Assembly: GCA_036160375.1 (NCBI GenBank)
Contig: JAYYDY010000109.1
Coordinates: 1,677 to 65,676, forward strand
Direction of reading: 5' to 3'
DNA: 64,000 nt
Origin: Thermoplasmatota archaeon
GTDB taxonomy: Archaea; Thermoplasmatota; Poseidoniia; Poseidoniales; Poseidoniaceae
Below the pieces are notes generated by a model. That model was not told where the DNA came from. It made no database searches and was given only the letters and a program-made list of their open reading frames with translations. Shown one piece after another: positions 1 to 9,228 of the stretch; position 1 is the first letter of the stretch; the number at the start of each line of letters is the position of its first letter. The position numbers were made by a program, and so were the translations under genes.

Positions 1-174
1 AAGGAATTCGTTCGCTCGCACTACATCGAGACCGGTCATCAAGCCAACCTTCAGGCGGCTCGAGACGCCGGTACGGATGAGCCTCCTATTCCTGCTCTCC
101 CACAATCGGTCATTGACGAAACGGCTGCGCTCTATGCGTCGATGTTTGAGCGCCTGACATCCCAGGACTTCTGA
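1..174 (+). CDS. 3' end of a gene cut by the window edge; the C-terminus resembles SAICAR synthetase (PurC, long form)
   Basis: Frame 1 is open from base 1 to TGA at 172-174. The translation KEFVRSHYIETG...PPIPALPQSVIDETAALYASMFERLTSQDF resembles the PurC C-terminal tail (LP-evv-t-Y-e-yerLTG). Only 57 aa are visible. Confidence 0.45.
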   Translation, partial: KEFVRSHYIETGHQANLQAARDAGTDEPPIPALPQSVIDETAALYASMFERLTSQDF

Positions 175-175
175 G

Positions 176-913
176 TCAGCGGTGCGTGCGCAGCGCAAGA
201 CCGACCCTGCGTCGTTCTGCAGCCTTAAGCAGGGTTGTGAAATGCTTCGCTACGTCGGCAACGCCGCCGTCCAACGGCTCTTCGTAGGATGCTGTCCATG
301 CTCGGGTGGCGAGGTTCTTTCGTAGTTGACGTACTTCTTCTGCTCTCAAAAAACCATGAATCTGCATGCCACCAAATCCATCCTCGAATCGCTGGTGACC
401 CCGTTGCTGCTCTTCGCATCCGAACGCGAGTTGCTCGAGTTGCTCAATGATTTCATCGTAGATGCTCTGGCCGTCGTGGTCGGTGATGCTTCGGTTTGGA
501 CGAATGAATTCCAACAGGTAGCCTAGAGCAGAACCATTGCCGAATGGAAAGCGCCCGAAGCGTTCCCTCGTCATGGTTTCACCCAGCGGCAATGGACGAC
601 CATCATTGGTCAATTCAACGCATGATGTGAACAGGATCATCGCAGGGTCCCACTGGATGGATGAGTAAGAAGCAGGGTTTTGGATGCCCTGCTGTGTCAA
701 ACGCAGATGGAGATCTGGTTCGGCCTCCACGAGGTTGGTCCATCCATCTTCACCACCCTCCATGGCCTCCTCAATGGCCGTCATGACCCGGGATGCGAGG
801 TCCCCGTTGAATGCATCGAGCGTGAAGAACGCTGTCGTGGATGCTTGAGTCGCCTCGTCCATGCTTGTTGGCTCCGCCACAGCGAAATAAGGACTTGCAT
901 CACTCGTTGCCAC
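176..913 (-). CDS. hypothetical cytoplasmic protein, directly downstream of the giant surface protein gene
   Basis: A 245-aa ORF with no recognisable motif. The start is ambiguous: GTG at 913 overlaps the upstream stop by 14 nt, and the first ATG is at 862. Same strand as 900..6668 and probably co-transcribed with it. Confidence 0.55.
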   Translation of the reverse strand: MATSDASPYFAVAEPTSMDEATQASTTAFFTLDAFNGDLASRVMTAIEEAMEGGEDGWTNLVEAEPDLHLRLTQQGIQNPASYSSIQWDPAMILFTSCVELTNDGRPLPLGETMTRERFGRFPFGNGSALGYLLEFIRPNRSITDHDGQSIYDEIIEQLEQLAFGCEEQQRGHQRFEDGFGGMQIHGFLRAEEVRQLRKNLATRAWTASYEEPLDGGVADVAKHFTTLLKAAERRRVGLALRTHR

Positions 914-3900
914 CGAAGAACTTCTTCATTCGGTCCTCAATGCTGCCTTCTCGTTCATCGACATCGTCCCCACCCATTTCTTGGCGAAGGCTTGCAAGTC
1001 GGCCACTTGCTGTCTTATCAACGGGTTCTGGTGCAGTCTCAACCTCGTCAAACACCTCAATCATCGGCTGTGATTCTTTTGCATCCATATCATCCTCAAT
1101 CGCCGGTTCTTCTACCGGCGTCGTGTCAACTTCCAACTGCATGTCGTCCTCGTCTGCTGGGGCTTCCGAGCTTGATTCCTTTTCCACATGTTCTTCGGGT
1201 TTTGCCCGCTTCACCTTCTGCTTGGTTGGTGGTGTCTGAATTGGCTTCTTTTCTCCGAATTGAACAGCCCCCAGCAACCATGCGACGGCCACCAGCAAAC
1301 CGGCCACACCGATGATCCATCCGATGTCGCTTGAGGAAACAGCGAGGATGTTGGCGGGTTTGTAATACGTGCTCATGGTGTCGTCCTCGGGGGTGTCATC
1401 AACATCAAACGGCAGGCTGCAAGCAAGCGTGGCAGTCACTTTTTCATCCCGTTCAATGTTCTCTGGGTTCTTGATTTGGACCACGGGTGCGAATTCTGCA
1501 TAGGCCACATCGACGATGTAGGTTGTTGACCATCCACCCTCGGCCTCCACCAGCAGCTCACAAACGGCGTCTTCGAGGAGGCCGTAGCCACTGCGCTTGA
1601 TCCCGATGTTGATGTCGCCGTTGCTCGTGAGCGAACTGATACCTACGTTCCAACCCTGCTCACGTGCAACCACCGATGTTTGAATGTCGGCAAGGGTTCG
1701 TCCGTATTGATCGTAGCCTGTCAACATTACATCGAAGATCCCCGGATCGGGGTCCCATCCGGTGAGGGTGATGTTCAACGTCTTTTCTTGGCCTGCGGCC
1801 ACAAGAAGACTCTCTTCCTCGATTTCAATGCGTTCACCAATGGAATTCACCAGGGTGAACACCGCCCGGAGGTCCTCTGTTGCCCCCGCCGTCAGAACAC
1901 AGGTGGCCACCGGCCCCTCCAATTCAACCTGTCCGAGGCCATCGAATGCATCATCGAGGAATTGGCATGAAATGGTTGAATCAGGGTATTGTCGGGCGAC
2001 GATATAGACGGAGAGGTTCCCCTCTTTGCCTTCTGTTGACCATGTCAGGAGGTATTCTCCACTGGAGGATGGCTGGACGAACGACACGGCTTGGGATGTC
2101 GCTTCCACGTTCAATGGACCACCAAACGAGACGGTTTCACTCCCATCCTCTGAAACGAAAACAGACTGTTCGGTTCCGAGGTAGGCATCAACGATGGGGG
2201 AACTGGAGAAGGAAACATGACTGTACTCGACTTCAATGCTGTGGCTCTGAACCCCAAGCAATGGATGATTGACATTGATGGTCAGCAACATCCGTTGCTG
2301 GTTCCAGTCGCTTGCAGGAACGAGGCTCATGGGAATGCCTGCGACTTCTCCGGGAGCGAGGATCACCTGGCTGCCTTGCTGCGTTGACCAGCCTTCAGGG
2401 AGACCGTCAAGGTCCACGGTGAGCATGGCGATGTCGTTGCCTTGATTTTCAATCCAAGCCGTCGGGTATCCACCTTGCTCGTTGACGCTCCAGACGCCTC
2501 GATGGTCAATGACGATGTTTGGTGATGCGCCGACCCTGACAGGGATTTCTTCCACGACCAAGCCGCTGGTATCGTTACCCGTGATTCGAATACGCAGGAC
2601 GCCCACTTCACCAGCGATGGCGTTTTCCGGTGGTTGAACGTGAACATCAAACGAACTGATGGCATAGGGCGCCACTTCTGGTACGCTCTCGGGGAGGGTG
2701 ATGTTCCAACCGGCTCCTGCTTTTGCGAAGTAGGGGCGTTCGTAGGCGTTCCCCGTATGGACCAGCGTGAAGGTGAGGTTCTCACCCTCCGGATCGACTT
2801 CGAGGTCGGCGTTGGTCAAATTCAGTTTCCAACCCGATACAGCATCCACCTCGATGGAGAGCTCGGTTTCGCCGAGAACATAGCCGTTGGCAACGTGATG
2901 CAAACTGATGGTCACCGACGAAGTGGCCCAAGCGGTTTGCGGTACCAAGACAGAGAAGATCAGTTCCGTCGTGCCATTGACGACAACAGTGGTCGTTTCA
3001 ACCGCCGCAGCGTCCCATGCGGAGGCATCGTTTCCAAACGGATGTTGGTGGAGTTCTGGCTGGAGGGTGAGTGCATCAGCAGCGTTGCCAAGGTTGGTGA
3101 GGTTGAATCCGAACTCCAGCGTTTGACCGGGCGCTCCAATCACCGAGGTGGCGTTGATGGCCAACACCGACCACTCGTGGCTTTGTGCCGCTTGGACCTC
3201 AACAGTAACCACATCGTACACGTTATCACCGCCGAGCGAAGTCCACGTGAAATCGAGGAAAAAGGGTGCCAGAGCCGGAATTTCTGACGAGAGCACGACA
3301 TCAACCGTACCAATTCCCGTTGACAAGGCTCCCAAGGTTTTCTGCGGGTCGTAGTAGGTGAACTGCACCTCAGGCGCTGTGAATTCACCATCGCTGCGTG
3401 CTGCTGCACTGAGCAAGAACGTGTCCTCTCCGTTCCCTGGGTTTTCGAGCGAGAGCAAAAATCGATGGGCTTCACTGACGTTGAGGGAAATGGGCTGACC
3501 TGGCGTGCTCGCCGTCGGTTCAATCACGCCCACGCTGGCTCTGAATATTTGCAACACGTGAAGGCTGATGTTGAACTCAGCATCGCCGTCGGCAGCGTCG
3601 TTCGCGGCAAAGGTGTGGCGTTTTGGGACGGCGTTGGGTGGAAGTTGGAGGGTCAGTTCACCGATGAACACGTTCCCTGCAGTCCCTTGCGCCACCAAGC
3701 TCGTCCCGTTGATGCTGAGGTCGCCATTGGTTGTCCACATCCAATCGGTCTCAAGCATGCCCATCCCACTCATGCTCCAAGTGGCTGCGCCCGACGTCGG
3801 GATGATGCCTTGGATGCTCCATGTCAGTGTGGCGTCGGGGAGTGTGCGGTGATGCGTGGGTTCTGCCACCACTTTGTGGGCGATGAAGGTAAACGGCATG

Positions 3901-6668
3901 GATTCACAAAGTGCATCTTCTCCACTTCCCATGCACATCGTAAGCGTGGATTGCGTGCTGCTCCCGTAACTGGTGCTGGATGGTGTATCGAGATGTGCAA
4001 ACAGAACTTTCGTCTCGCCCGGATTCAATGCGATGCTGAACAGTTGCTGGCCGGTGGCGTCGTGAATCGACGGAGAACCCCCCCAAGAAGGGGCCGTCCA
4101 CGTAATGGAAGTGGTGCTCTCCGGAGCATTCCCTAGGTTTTCAACCATGAACCAGGCCTTGGCGATTTGGCCTGGTCGTCCATGACCTGTGGACGTGTTC
4201 ATGCCGCTGGCACCTGTCAAATCGAGTCCCCGTGTCCGAAACACATCGAGTTGCAAGTCGAGGGTCGAGTTGATGGAGGGGTCTGACACGAGTGCCATGG
4301 TCAGGGTGATCTGGCCAGATTCATCACCGAGCGCCGTGGACGGAACGGTGGCGTCAAAGGTGAGCGTTTCTGGAACGTTTGGCACCAGTTCACGGGTGAG
4401 CACGGCGTTGTTGGCGACCTCAAATGCCCAACCTTCAGGGAGTTGGCTGTCGTCATACGTCACCACCCAATCCGCTGTTTTTGACCCCGTTGCCAGCAGT
4501 TCCACCTGCACTTGTTGAGAGGTGCCGGGAGGGATTCGTGGAGGGTCAATGGGGCCGATGAGTTCTGCGAGGTATGGTTCCACGACGGAGAACTGCATGG
4601 ATTCATGGTTGTTGTCTTCTCGTTGTTCCGTGATGTTGTTGTTCACGTCCAACACCAATTCAAATTCGTGAACGCCGAGTTCCGCTACGAAATCGGCGGA
4701 GAATGTCAACGGTCCTCCTTCGCCAGAGGGAGCAACCGGGTCGCTGCTCGTGAATCGCTCCCTGTGCAATTCAACCCCGTTCATGATGATGGCAGCATCC
4801 ACGTCTTCGTCGGCTTCGCTGGTCCCAACGTTGGCAAATTGACCGGTTACGGTCACGGTTTGACCCGGGTCGGCTTGGGCAGGGTTGAACGAAAGACCTC
4901 GGTTGTCCAGGGCAGGGGTAAGGTCCACGCCACGGTTGGAAACGAGGGTGTCCCCGAAGAGAACATCGACGTGACCGTCGCCATCGATGTCGGCAACAGC
5001 GGGGGCGGTCCAGACTCGGTGGGGCATGCTCAGCGGTGTCGACCATGCATCGTTGATGTCGGCTGATGCTCCCGTGTCGCCATCGAAAGCCCAGAACCGA
5101 CGTCCAAAGCCAACGAGGATTTCCGGTGTCCCTTGCCCGTCGATATCAAGCCAAAACGGCGGAGATGCGGCGATTTCATCGTTGTCTGTCCCCGCCCCAC
5201 GCTGAAGGTCGCGGGTCCATTCGGTCACCGGTGTACTGTCCGAAATGTCCGTGCAGCCCAACATGCCTTTGCGGTTGAAGTTGAACGACTCTTCGGAGTA
5301 CCAGGTCACCCAGCAAAGGCGGTCGTCGACTCCATCGTCATCCGTATCAATGGCAAGGGGTTGTGCGTCAGCGTAGCCGTTTTGGGCTCGGAAGTTGAAC
5401 ACCTCGGTGGTTGAGGTCAATTCCATGCCGATGAAGCGAGCACCGCTTCCAGATGTTCGTCCGTTGGCATCGGTCGGTACGGTCAAGATCATCTCGGGGG
5501 CGGTGTCTTGGTCGAGCTGAACGATCACGGGGCCAGGGAGGCGAAGGCGTGGAGCATCCGAATCACTGTCCGTCCCTTGGACGGCGACCCTCTCCCAATC
5601 CAAGGAGCCAGAGCTGCCGTCGATTTTCCAAATCCACATATTACCCGAATCTCCGTCGATGGTGGTCAACACCACCGAGGTCGTGGTGCTGTCAAGTTGT
5701 GCCCATACCGGATCGGACGGGTGCGTTCCTCGGTCCAACGAAACGCTCCACTCCTCCTCATTGGGCTGGGACGAGGTCAGGCCGTAAGCGTTGACTTTGA
5801 CCAATGGATTGTTGTCAGGGTCATCCACCACGGCCACGACCAATTCCGGTGTTCCGTCCAGCTCTAAGTCGGCGAGGAGGGGTTGCGTCACCGCTTTGTG
5901 ATCGCTGTTCGCTGTCGGCCAATGCGGTGACGGCGAGCCAATGCGAACCTCGGCATCACTGTACGACCACATCAATTCGTTGCTGTGACCGGATGTTTGC
6001 CAGTTGGATTCTGTGCACGTCAAACGTGGCGACCACACATCGATGTTGAACGCACCTTGTGTGTCGTATGCCACGATGATTTCAGGCATGTCGTCACCGT
6101 CGATGTCGTGAATCATGGGCGTTGAGCGAATCGCTTCGGTCGCGCCAAGGCTCACCCGCCAGGCGATTTTGGCATCGTTTCCTGAGACGATGTTCAGAAA
6201 ACTCGTACGAGAACCGTCGGCGATTTCGCTGGATACAAGCACGGGAAACAGCGTTCCTTGACCACAGCGTTCGACCGCCGTTTCCGATGCGGTGATGCTG
6301 GTGGAAAAATCACCCACGACCGAGCCGTAAGCGTCGCTTTCCGTCGTATCCTCGAACACTTGCCAGTTGACTACGGGGTTCTCAAGCGTGGCGAGTGAAG
6401 TGATGTTCACAACGCTGCCCGCTCCAGGTCCTCCGTCGGGTCCGTGGTCAGGAACGGTTTGGTTGTGAGTGGGGGTCCTCGCATATTGCGGCCAGGGCTG
6501 CTCCCCGCCCTGCCAAGGGGTGGATTGTGTGCGGTTCACGGACGTTTCGCTCACCAGCGAGGTGGGTTGCAACAGAGGTGCGGAGAGAACGCTGACCATC
6601 AGCCAAACCATGAGCAACGCCAACGCCGATTGGCGGTCGTTGGACGGCTTGATGTTCTCCATCATCAA
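900..6668 (-). CDS. giant (1922 aa) type-I membrane-anchored surface protein with FG-GAP/VCBS-like repeats and multiple CARDB-like Ig modules
   Basis: N-terminal hydrophobic signal (ALALLMVWLMVSVLSAPLL). Integrin-alpha-like Ca-binding repeats: DIDGDDMPEIIV, DLELDGTPELVV, DIDGQGTPEILVG, DIDGDGHVDVLFG. A CARDB-like segment (GQTVTVTGQFANVGTSEADEDV) is followed by repeated NxGN modules (NLGNAPES, NPGNGEDT, NLGNAADA, HTGNAYER, NQGNDIAM). C-terminal TM helix (IGWIIGVAGLLVAVAWLLGAV) plus a 120-aa acidic cytoplasmic tail. Confidence 0.9.
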   Translation of the reverse strand: MMMENIKPSNDRQSALALLMVWLMVSVLSAPLLQPTSLVSETSVNRTQSTPWQGGEQPWPQYARTPTHNQTVPDHGPDGGPGAGSVVNITSLATLENPVVNWQVFEDTTESDAYGSVVGDFSTSITASETAVERCGQGTLFPVLVSSEIADGSRTSFLNIVSGNDAKIAWRVSLGATEAIRSTPMIHDIDGDDMPEIIVAYDTQGAFNIDVWSPRLTCTESNWQTSGHSNELMWSYSDAEVRIGSPSPHWPTANSDHKAVTQPLLADLELDGTPELVVAVVDDPDNNPLVKVNAYGLTSSQPNEEEWSVSLDRGTHPSDPVWAQLDSTTTSVVLTTIDGDSGNMWIWKIDGSSGSLDWERVAVQGTDSDSDAPRLRLPGPVIVQLDQDTAPEMILTVPTDANGRTSGSGARFIGMELTSTTEVFNFRAQNGYADAQPLAIDTDDDGVDDRLCWVTWYSEESFNFNRKGMLGCTDISDSTPVTEWTRDLQRGAGTDNDEIAASPPFWLDIDGQGTPEILVGFGRRFWAFDGDTGASADINDAWSTPLSMPHRVWTAPAVADIDGDGHVDVLFGDTLVSNRGVDLTPALDNRGLSFNPAQADPGQTVTVTGQFANVGTSEADEDVDAAIIMNGVELHRERFTSSDPVAPSGEGGPLTFSADFVAELGVHEFELVLDVNNNITEQREDNNHESMQFSVVEPYLAELIGPIDPPRIPPGTSQQVQVELLATGSKTADWVVTYDDSQLPEGWAFEVANNAVLTRELVPNVPETLTFDATVPSTALGDESGQITLTMALVSDPSINSTLDLQLDVFRTRGLDLTGASGMNTSTGHGRPGQIAKAWFMVENLGNAPESTTSITWTAPSWGGSPSIHDATGQQLFSIALNPGETKVLFAHLDTPSSTSYGSSTQSTLTMCMGSGEDALCESMPFTFIAHKVVAEPTHHRTLPDATLTWSIQGIIPTSGAATWSMSGMGMLETDWMWTTNGDLSINGTSLVAQGTAGNVFIGELTLQLPPNAVPKRHTFAANDAADGDAEFNISLHVLQIFRASVGVIEPTASTPGQPISLNVSEAHRFLLSLENPGNGEDTFLLSAAARSDGEFTAPEVQFTYYDPQKTLGALSTGIGTVDVVLSSEIPALAPFFLDFTWTSLGGDNVYDVVTVEVQAAQSHEWSVLAINATSVIGAPGQTLEFGFNLTNLGNAADALTLQPELHQHPFGNDASAWDAAAVETTTVVVNGTTELIFSVLVPQTAWATSSVTISLHHVANGYVLGETELSIEVDAVSGWKLNLTNADLEVDPEGENLTFTLVHTGNAYERPYFAKAGAGWNITLPESVPEVAPYAISSFDVHVQPPENAIAGEVGVLRIRITGNDTSGLVVEEIPVRVGASPNIVIDHRGVWSVNEQGGYPTAWIENQGNDIAMLTVDLDGLPEGWSTQQGSQVILAPGEVAGIPMSLVPASDWNQQRMLLTINVNHPLLGVQSHSIEVEYSHVSFSSSPIVDAYLGTEQSVFVSEDGSETVSFGGPLNVEATSQAVSFVQPSSSGEYLLTWSTEGKEGNLSVYIVARQYPDSTISCQFLDDAFDGLGQVELEGPVATCVLTAGATEDLRAVFTLVNSIGERIEIEEESLLVAAGQEKTLNITLTGWDPDPGIFDVMLTGYDQYGRTLADIQTSVVAREQGWNVGISSLTSNGDINIGIKRSGYGLLEDAVCELLVEAEGGWSTTYIVDVAYAEFAPVVQIKNPENIERDEKVTATLACSLPFDVDDTPEDDTMSTYYKPANILAVSSSDIGWIIGVAGLLVAVAWLLGAVQFGEKKPIQTPPTKQKVKRAKPEEHVEKESSSEAPADEDDMQLEVDTTPVEEPAIEDDMDAKESQPMIEVFDEVETAPEPVDKTASGRLASLRQEMGGDDVDEREGSIEDRMKKFFGGNE

Positions 6669-6917
6669 TCACCTGCTTCGGGGGGTTGTTATTGCTTATG
6701 GATGATTCAGCACCTAAAACACCTTTTCCGCTCTGCATCAAATCCCTCGAAACAAGGGGACGGAGGGGATGTCGAGGAACGGTGCGGCCGCTTGAATTAA
6801 ATAGGGGTCGTCGGTGGAAGGCATGACTTCGGTCGCATTCTCTCCTGAGGGTTCACCGGTGAAGGACGGAAGAGTCGCTTGACTTCCCGTCATAATCACC
6901 CCACGAGAGAAGGCTCA

Positions 6918-6925
6918 GAGGTGAT
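6918..6925 (+). promoter_or_regulatory. Shine-Dalgarno site (GAGGTGAT) for rpoE
   Basis: GAGGTGAT lies 3 nt upstream of ATG 6929 and is complementary to the archaeal 16S 3' end. The same AGGTGAT motif precedes rps24e (7690-7696), and GAGGTGGT precedes the MMPL gene start. Confidence 0.55.
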
Positions 6926-6928
6926 AAA

Positions 6929-7483
6929 ATGTACAAGGTCGTAACCAAGGAAGACACCATCCGCATTCCTGCGGAATACATGCGCAAGGGTCAATCACTT
7001 GACCAGCACATCGATCGCTTGTCGATGGATGCTTTCGAAGGCAAATTCGACGCTGAAAACCGTTTCGTGTTGGTGACCAACAACCACAAGACCATCGGCC
7101 GTGGCCGTATCATTCACGGTGATGGTGCCATTTACCAGCGTGTTCAATTCGACGCAGTCTTGTTCTGCATGGACGACCAAGAAGTGGTCGAGGGTGCTGT
7201 TTCTGAGGTCAACGAATTCGGTGCGTTTGTCCGCATTGGACCCATGGAAGCCTTGCTTCACAAGTCCCAAATCATGGACGAACCCGTGGACATCAACATC
7301 GGAGCGAACAAAATTACAGGTCGACAGAGCGGTCGTGAGCTCTCCATCGGGTCATTCGTCCGTGCACGCATCGTCTCGCTTTCACCCGACACGTCCGACC
7401 CCCGTCGCTCCAAGATTGGGCTGACCAGCAAGCAGGACGGCCTCGGCTCCCCCCAGTGGGAACGCAAAGGAAGTGGTGAGTGA
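6929..7483 (+). CDS. rpoE: DNA-directed RNA polymerase subunit E' (Rpo7) with S1 domain
   Basis: The N-terminus MYKVVTKEDTIRIPAEYM and the S1 fold segment VEGAVSEVNEFGAFVRIGPMEALLHKSQI are typical of Rpo7. First gene of the conserved rpoE-spt4-S24e-S27ae operon. Confidence 0.9.
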   Translation: MYKVVTKEDTIRIPAEYMRKGQSLDQHIDRLSMDAFEGKFDAENRFVLVTNNHKTIGRGRIIHGDGAIYQRVQFDAVLFCMDDQEVVEGAVSEVNEFGAFVRIGPMEALLHKSQIMDEPVDINIGANKITGRQSGRELSIGSFVRARIVSLSPDTSDPRRSKIGLTSKQDGLGSPQWERKGSGE

Positions 7484-7485
7484 AC

Positions 7486-7689
7486 ATGGCGAAGATGCCC
7501 TTTGCCTGCGGCGAGTGCCACATGATTCTCAACGATGACGTCGATCAGTGCCCTCACCACCCCTCGGCCCACGTGTCCTCGGATTGGACAGGCTACGTCA
7601 TTATTGTCAACCCTGAACGCTCGGAGATTGCCAAGCGACTCCAAGTAGAAAAACCAGGTCGCTACGCCCTGAAAGTAAACATTCGATGA
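7486..7689 (+). CDS. spt4: transcription elongation factor Spt4 (RpoE'')
   Basis: Zn-ribbon CGEC...CPHH followed by WTGYVIIVNPERSEIAKRL, the standard Spt4 signature. ATG at 7486 follows the rpoE stop. Confidence 0.85.
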   Translation: MAKMPFACGECHMILNDDVDQCPHHPSAHVSSDWTGYVIIVNPERSEIAKRLQVEKPGRYALKVNIR

Positions 7690-7699
7690 AGGTGATATC

Positions 7700-8032
7700 A
7701 TGGAAATCAAGGAACGAAAAGAAAACAAAATTCTCAACCGCGTTGAACTTTCATTCAGCTGGAAGCACGACAAGAAATCCACGCCTTCTCGCAAGGAAGT
7801 GATCGCCCTCGTCCAGACCCTCGAACCGGGTGCAAACAGCGACCTCATTGTGGTCAAGGACTGCAACACTCGATTCGGTCAACCACTGACCACCGGCACG
7901 GCCTACATCTACAACTCGGCTGAAGCCATGGCCGTTGAGCCAGGGTACATCCAAAAGCGCCATGAAGAACTGCGAAGTTCTTCTGCCGCTGATGAGCCCG
8001 CCGCAGATGAATCTGAAGGAGGCGATGAGTGA
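7700..8032 (+). CDS. rps24e: 30S ribosomal protein S24e
   Basis: [34 protein letters not shown]...[20 protein letters not shown] matches the S24e pattern, with an acidic C-terminal tail. Confidence 0.9.
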   Translation: MEIKERKENKILNRVELSFSWKHDKKSTPSRKEVIALVQTLEPGANSDLIVVKDCNTRFGQPLTTGTAYIYNSAEAMAVEPGYIQKRHEELRSSSAADEPAADESEGGDE

Positions 8033-8199
8033 TGGGAGACGGACCGAACCCCAAGGCCAAGTGGTCAAAGTACAAGGTGGAAGACGGGAAACTCGTTCGA
8101 GCCGAGCACTGTCCGAACTGCGGCCCCGGTGTCTTCTTGGCCGTTCACAACAATCGAAAGTCGTGTGGCCGCTGCGGCTACACCGAATCGATTGAGTGA
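8032..8199 (+). CDS. rps27ae: 30S ribosomal protein S27ae (55 aa; absent from the ORF track because it is under 60 aa)
   Basis: Hand translation gives [55 protein letters not shown], with a C4 zinc ribbon (CPNC...CGRC). The ATG overlaps the S24e stop (TGATG). Operon position is canonical. Confidence 0.85.
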   Translation: MGDGPNPKAKWSKYKVEDGKLVRAEHCPNCGPGVFLAVHNNRKSCGRCGYTESIE

Positions 8200-8202
8200 T
8201 GT

Positions 8203-9153
8203 TCATTCCTCGTTTGATACGTTGAACTCAAACGGGCTGTTCTCCCACGAACCGTCGTTGTAGAGCACCAATGCTCCACTCCCCATGACAACCATGTGAA
8301 CCGGCAATTCGTTCGTGGGTCGTCGCTGTTCATTCTCTCGGGTGATGACAATCTCTTCGCGCCATCCTGCAATACGCCAGCCGGGCGCTTGAGCATCGTA
8401 GACGGCGGATTGAACCGGTCCACTCAGACGTACCTGCTTGACCGGGTTCATTCCGTGGAGCCAAGTGACCGTTCCCTCCGTTGAGCAGATCAGGTCGTGC
8501 TCGCCGTGCTTGAAGTGATGTTCGACGGGAGCCTCGACTTGGGTGAGAAGGTGCTCCTCCAACAGTTGGCCGTCCGTGAGAGAACGACGCTGGACACGAC
8601 CACCACGTGAAGTGACCCAACACTCCTCCCCGAGGACGTTGAGGGCTACCGTTTCCTCGTTTCTTGGTCGCCGCTTCGGATAGGCCCACGTTGGTGGCGG
8701 CATGCGCCAGTGTTCGTCGGCGTTGATGCCGATGCCGTACACCCCTCGACGGTACAAGTCAAACACCACTGTGGTTCCATCGGTTGCCAGTGCCATCGGT
8801 TCTGCATCGAGTGCATGAGCCCACGTGTTTCCCGCAGGGTAATGGATGGTTTGCGAGCCGATGGAGGTTCTCAGTTCAGAGCGTTGTTTCCCCTCTTCGG
8901 CCGTACCCACAGGCATGGCTCCCATGCAGGCGAGCAGCAACTCACGGTCAAGCCACGTTGCAATGAGGTGCCCGTCGGTGATGGTGGCTTGACGCACCCT
9001 CATCGGATGGGGGGTTGATACGGGGGTCAAGGGTTGCATCTCGTTGTCGAGCCACAGAAATTCACCGTCCATCCCCGTGACCAAAACCCCTTCTGGATGG
9101 TGCACGAGGAGGTCGGGCAAGAACGGGATGCTGGGGGGCAATCCCTCGTCCAT
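8203..9153 (-). CDS. hypothetical protein, possibly a beta-propeller (PQQ/WD-like repeats)
   Basis: The ORF runs to 9438, but that N-terminal extension would overlap dtdA by about 210 nt. Met at 9153 (MDEGLPPS) gives a clean divergent arrangement. Repeated strand-like segments include GHLIATWLDRELLL, GTTVVFDLYRRGVYGI and GALVLYNDGSW. Confidence 0.5.
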   Translation of the reverse strand: MDEGLPPSIPFLPDLLVHHPEGVLVTGMDGEFLWLDNEMQPLTPVSTPHPMRVRQATITDGHLIATWLDRELLLACMGAMPVGTAEEGKQRSELRTSIGSQTIHYPAGNTWAHALDAEPMALATDGTTVVFDLYRRGVYGIGINADEHWRMPPPTWAYPKRRPRNEETVALNVLGEECWVTSRGGRVQRRSLTDGQLLEEHLLTQVEAPVEHHFKHGEHDLICSTEGTVTWLHGMNPVKQVRLSGPVQSAVYDAQAPGWRIAGWREEIVITRENEQRRPTNELPVHMVVMGSGALVLYNDGSWENSPFEFNVSNEE

Positions 9154-9228
9154 GTTCAAAACATATGGAACTGCTATGTCAATCCTCGTCTGAGTCACCT
9201 CAAAATAGGACGGTTCTGAGTTGGCAAC

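Noticed and set aside
6669-6928. A 260-nt divergent intergenic region, examined for a C/D-box sRNA or other ncRNA (GGATGATTC near 6700 and CTGA near 6846), plus a TTAAATA element at about 6797.
   Set aside because: The box-like elements are about 146 nt apart, too far for a C/D sRNA, and lack C'/D' partners. The TATA-like element is about 125 nt from either start codon, so I cannot assign it to either strand. I left it as unannotated promoter space.
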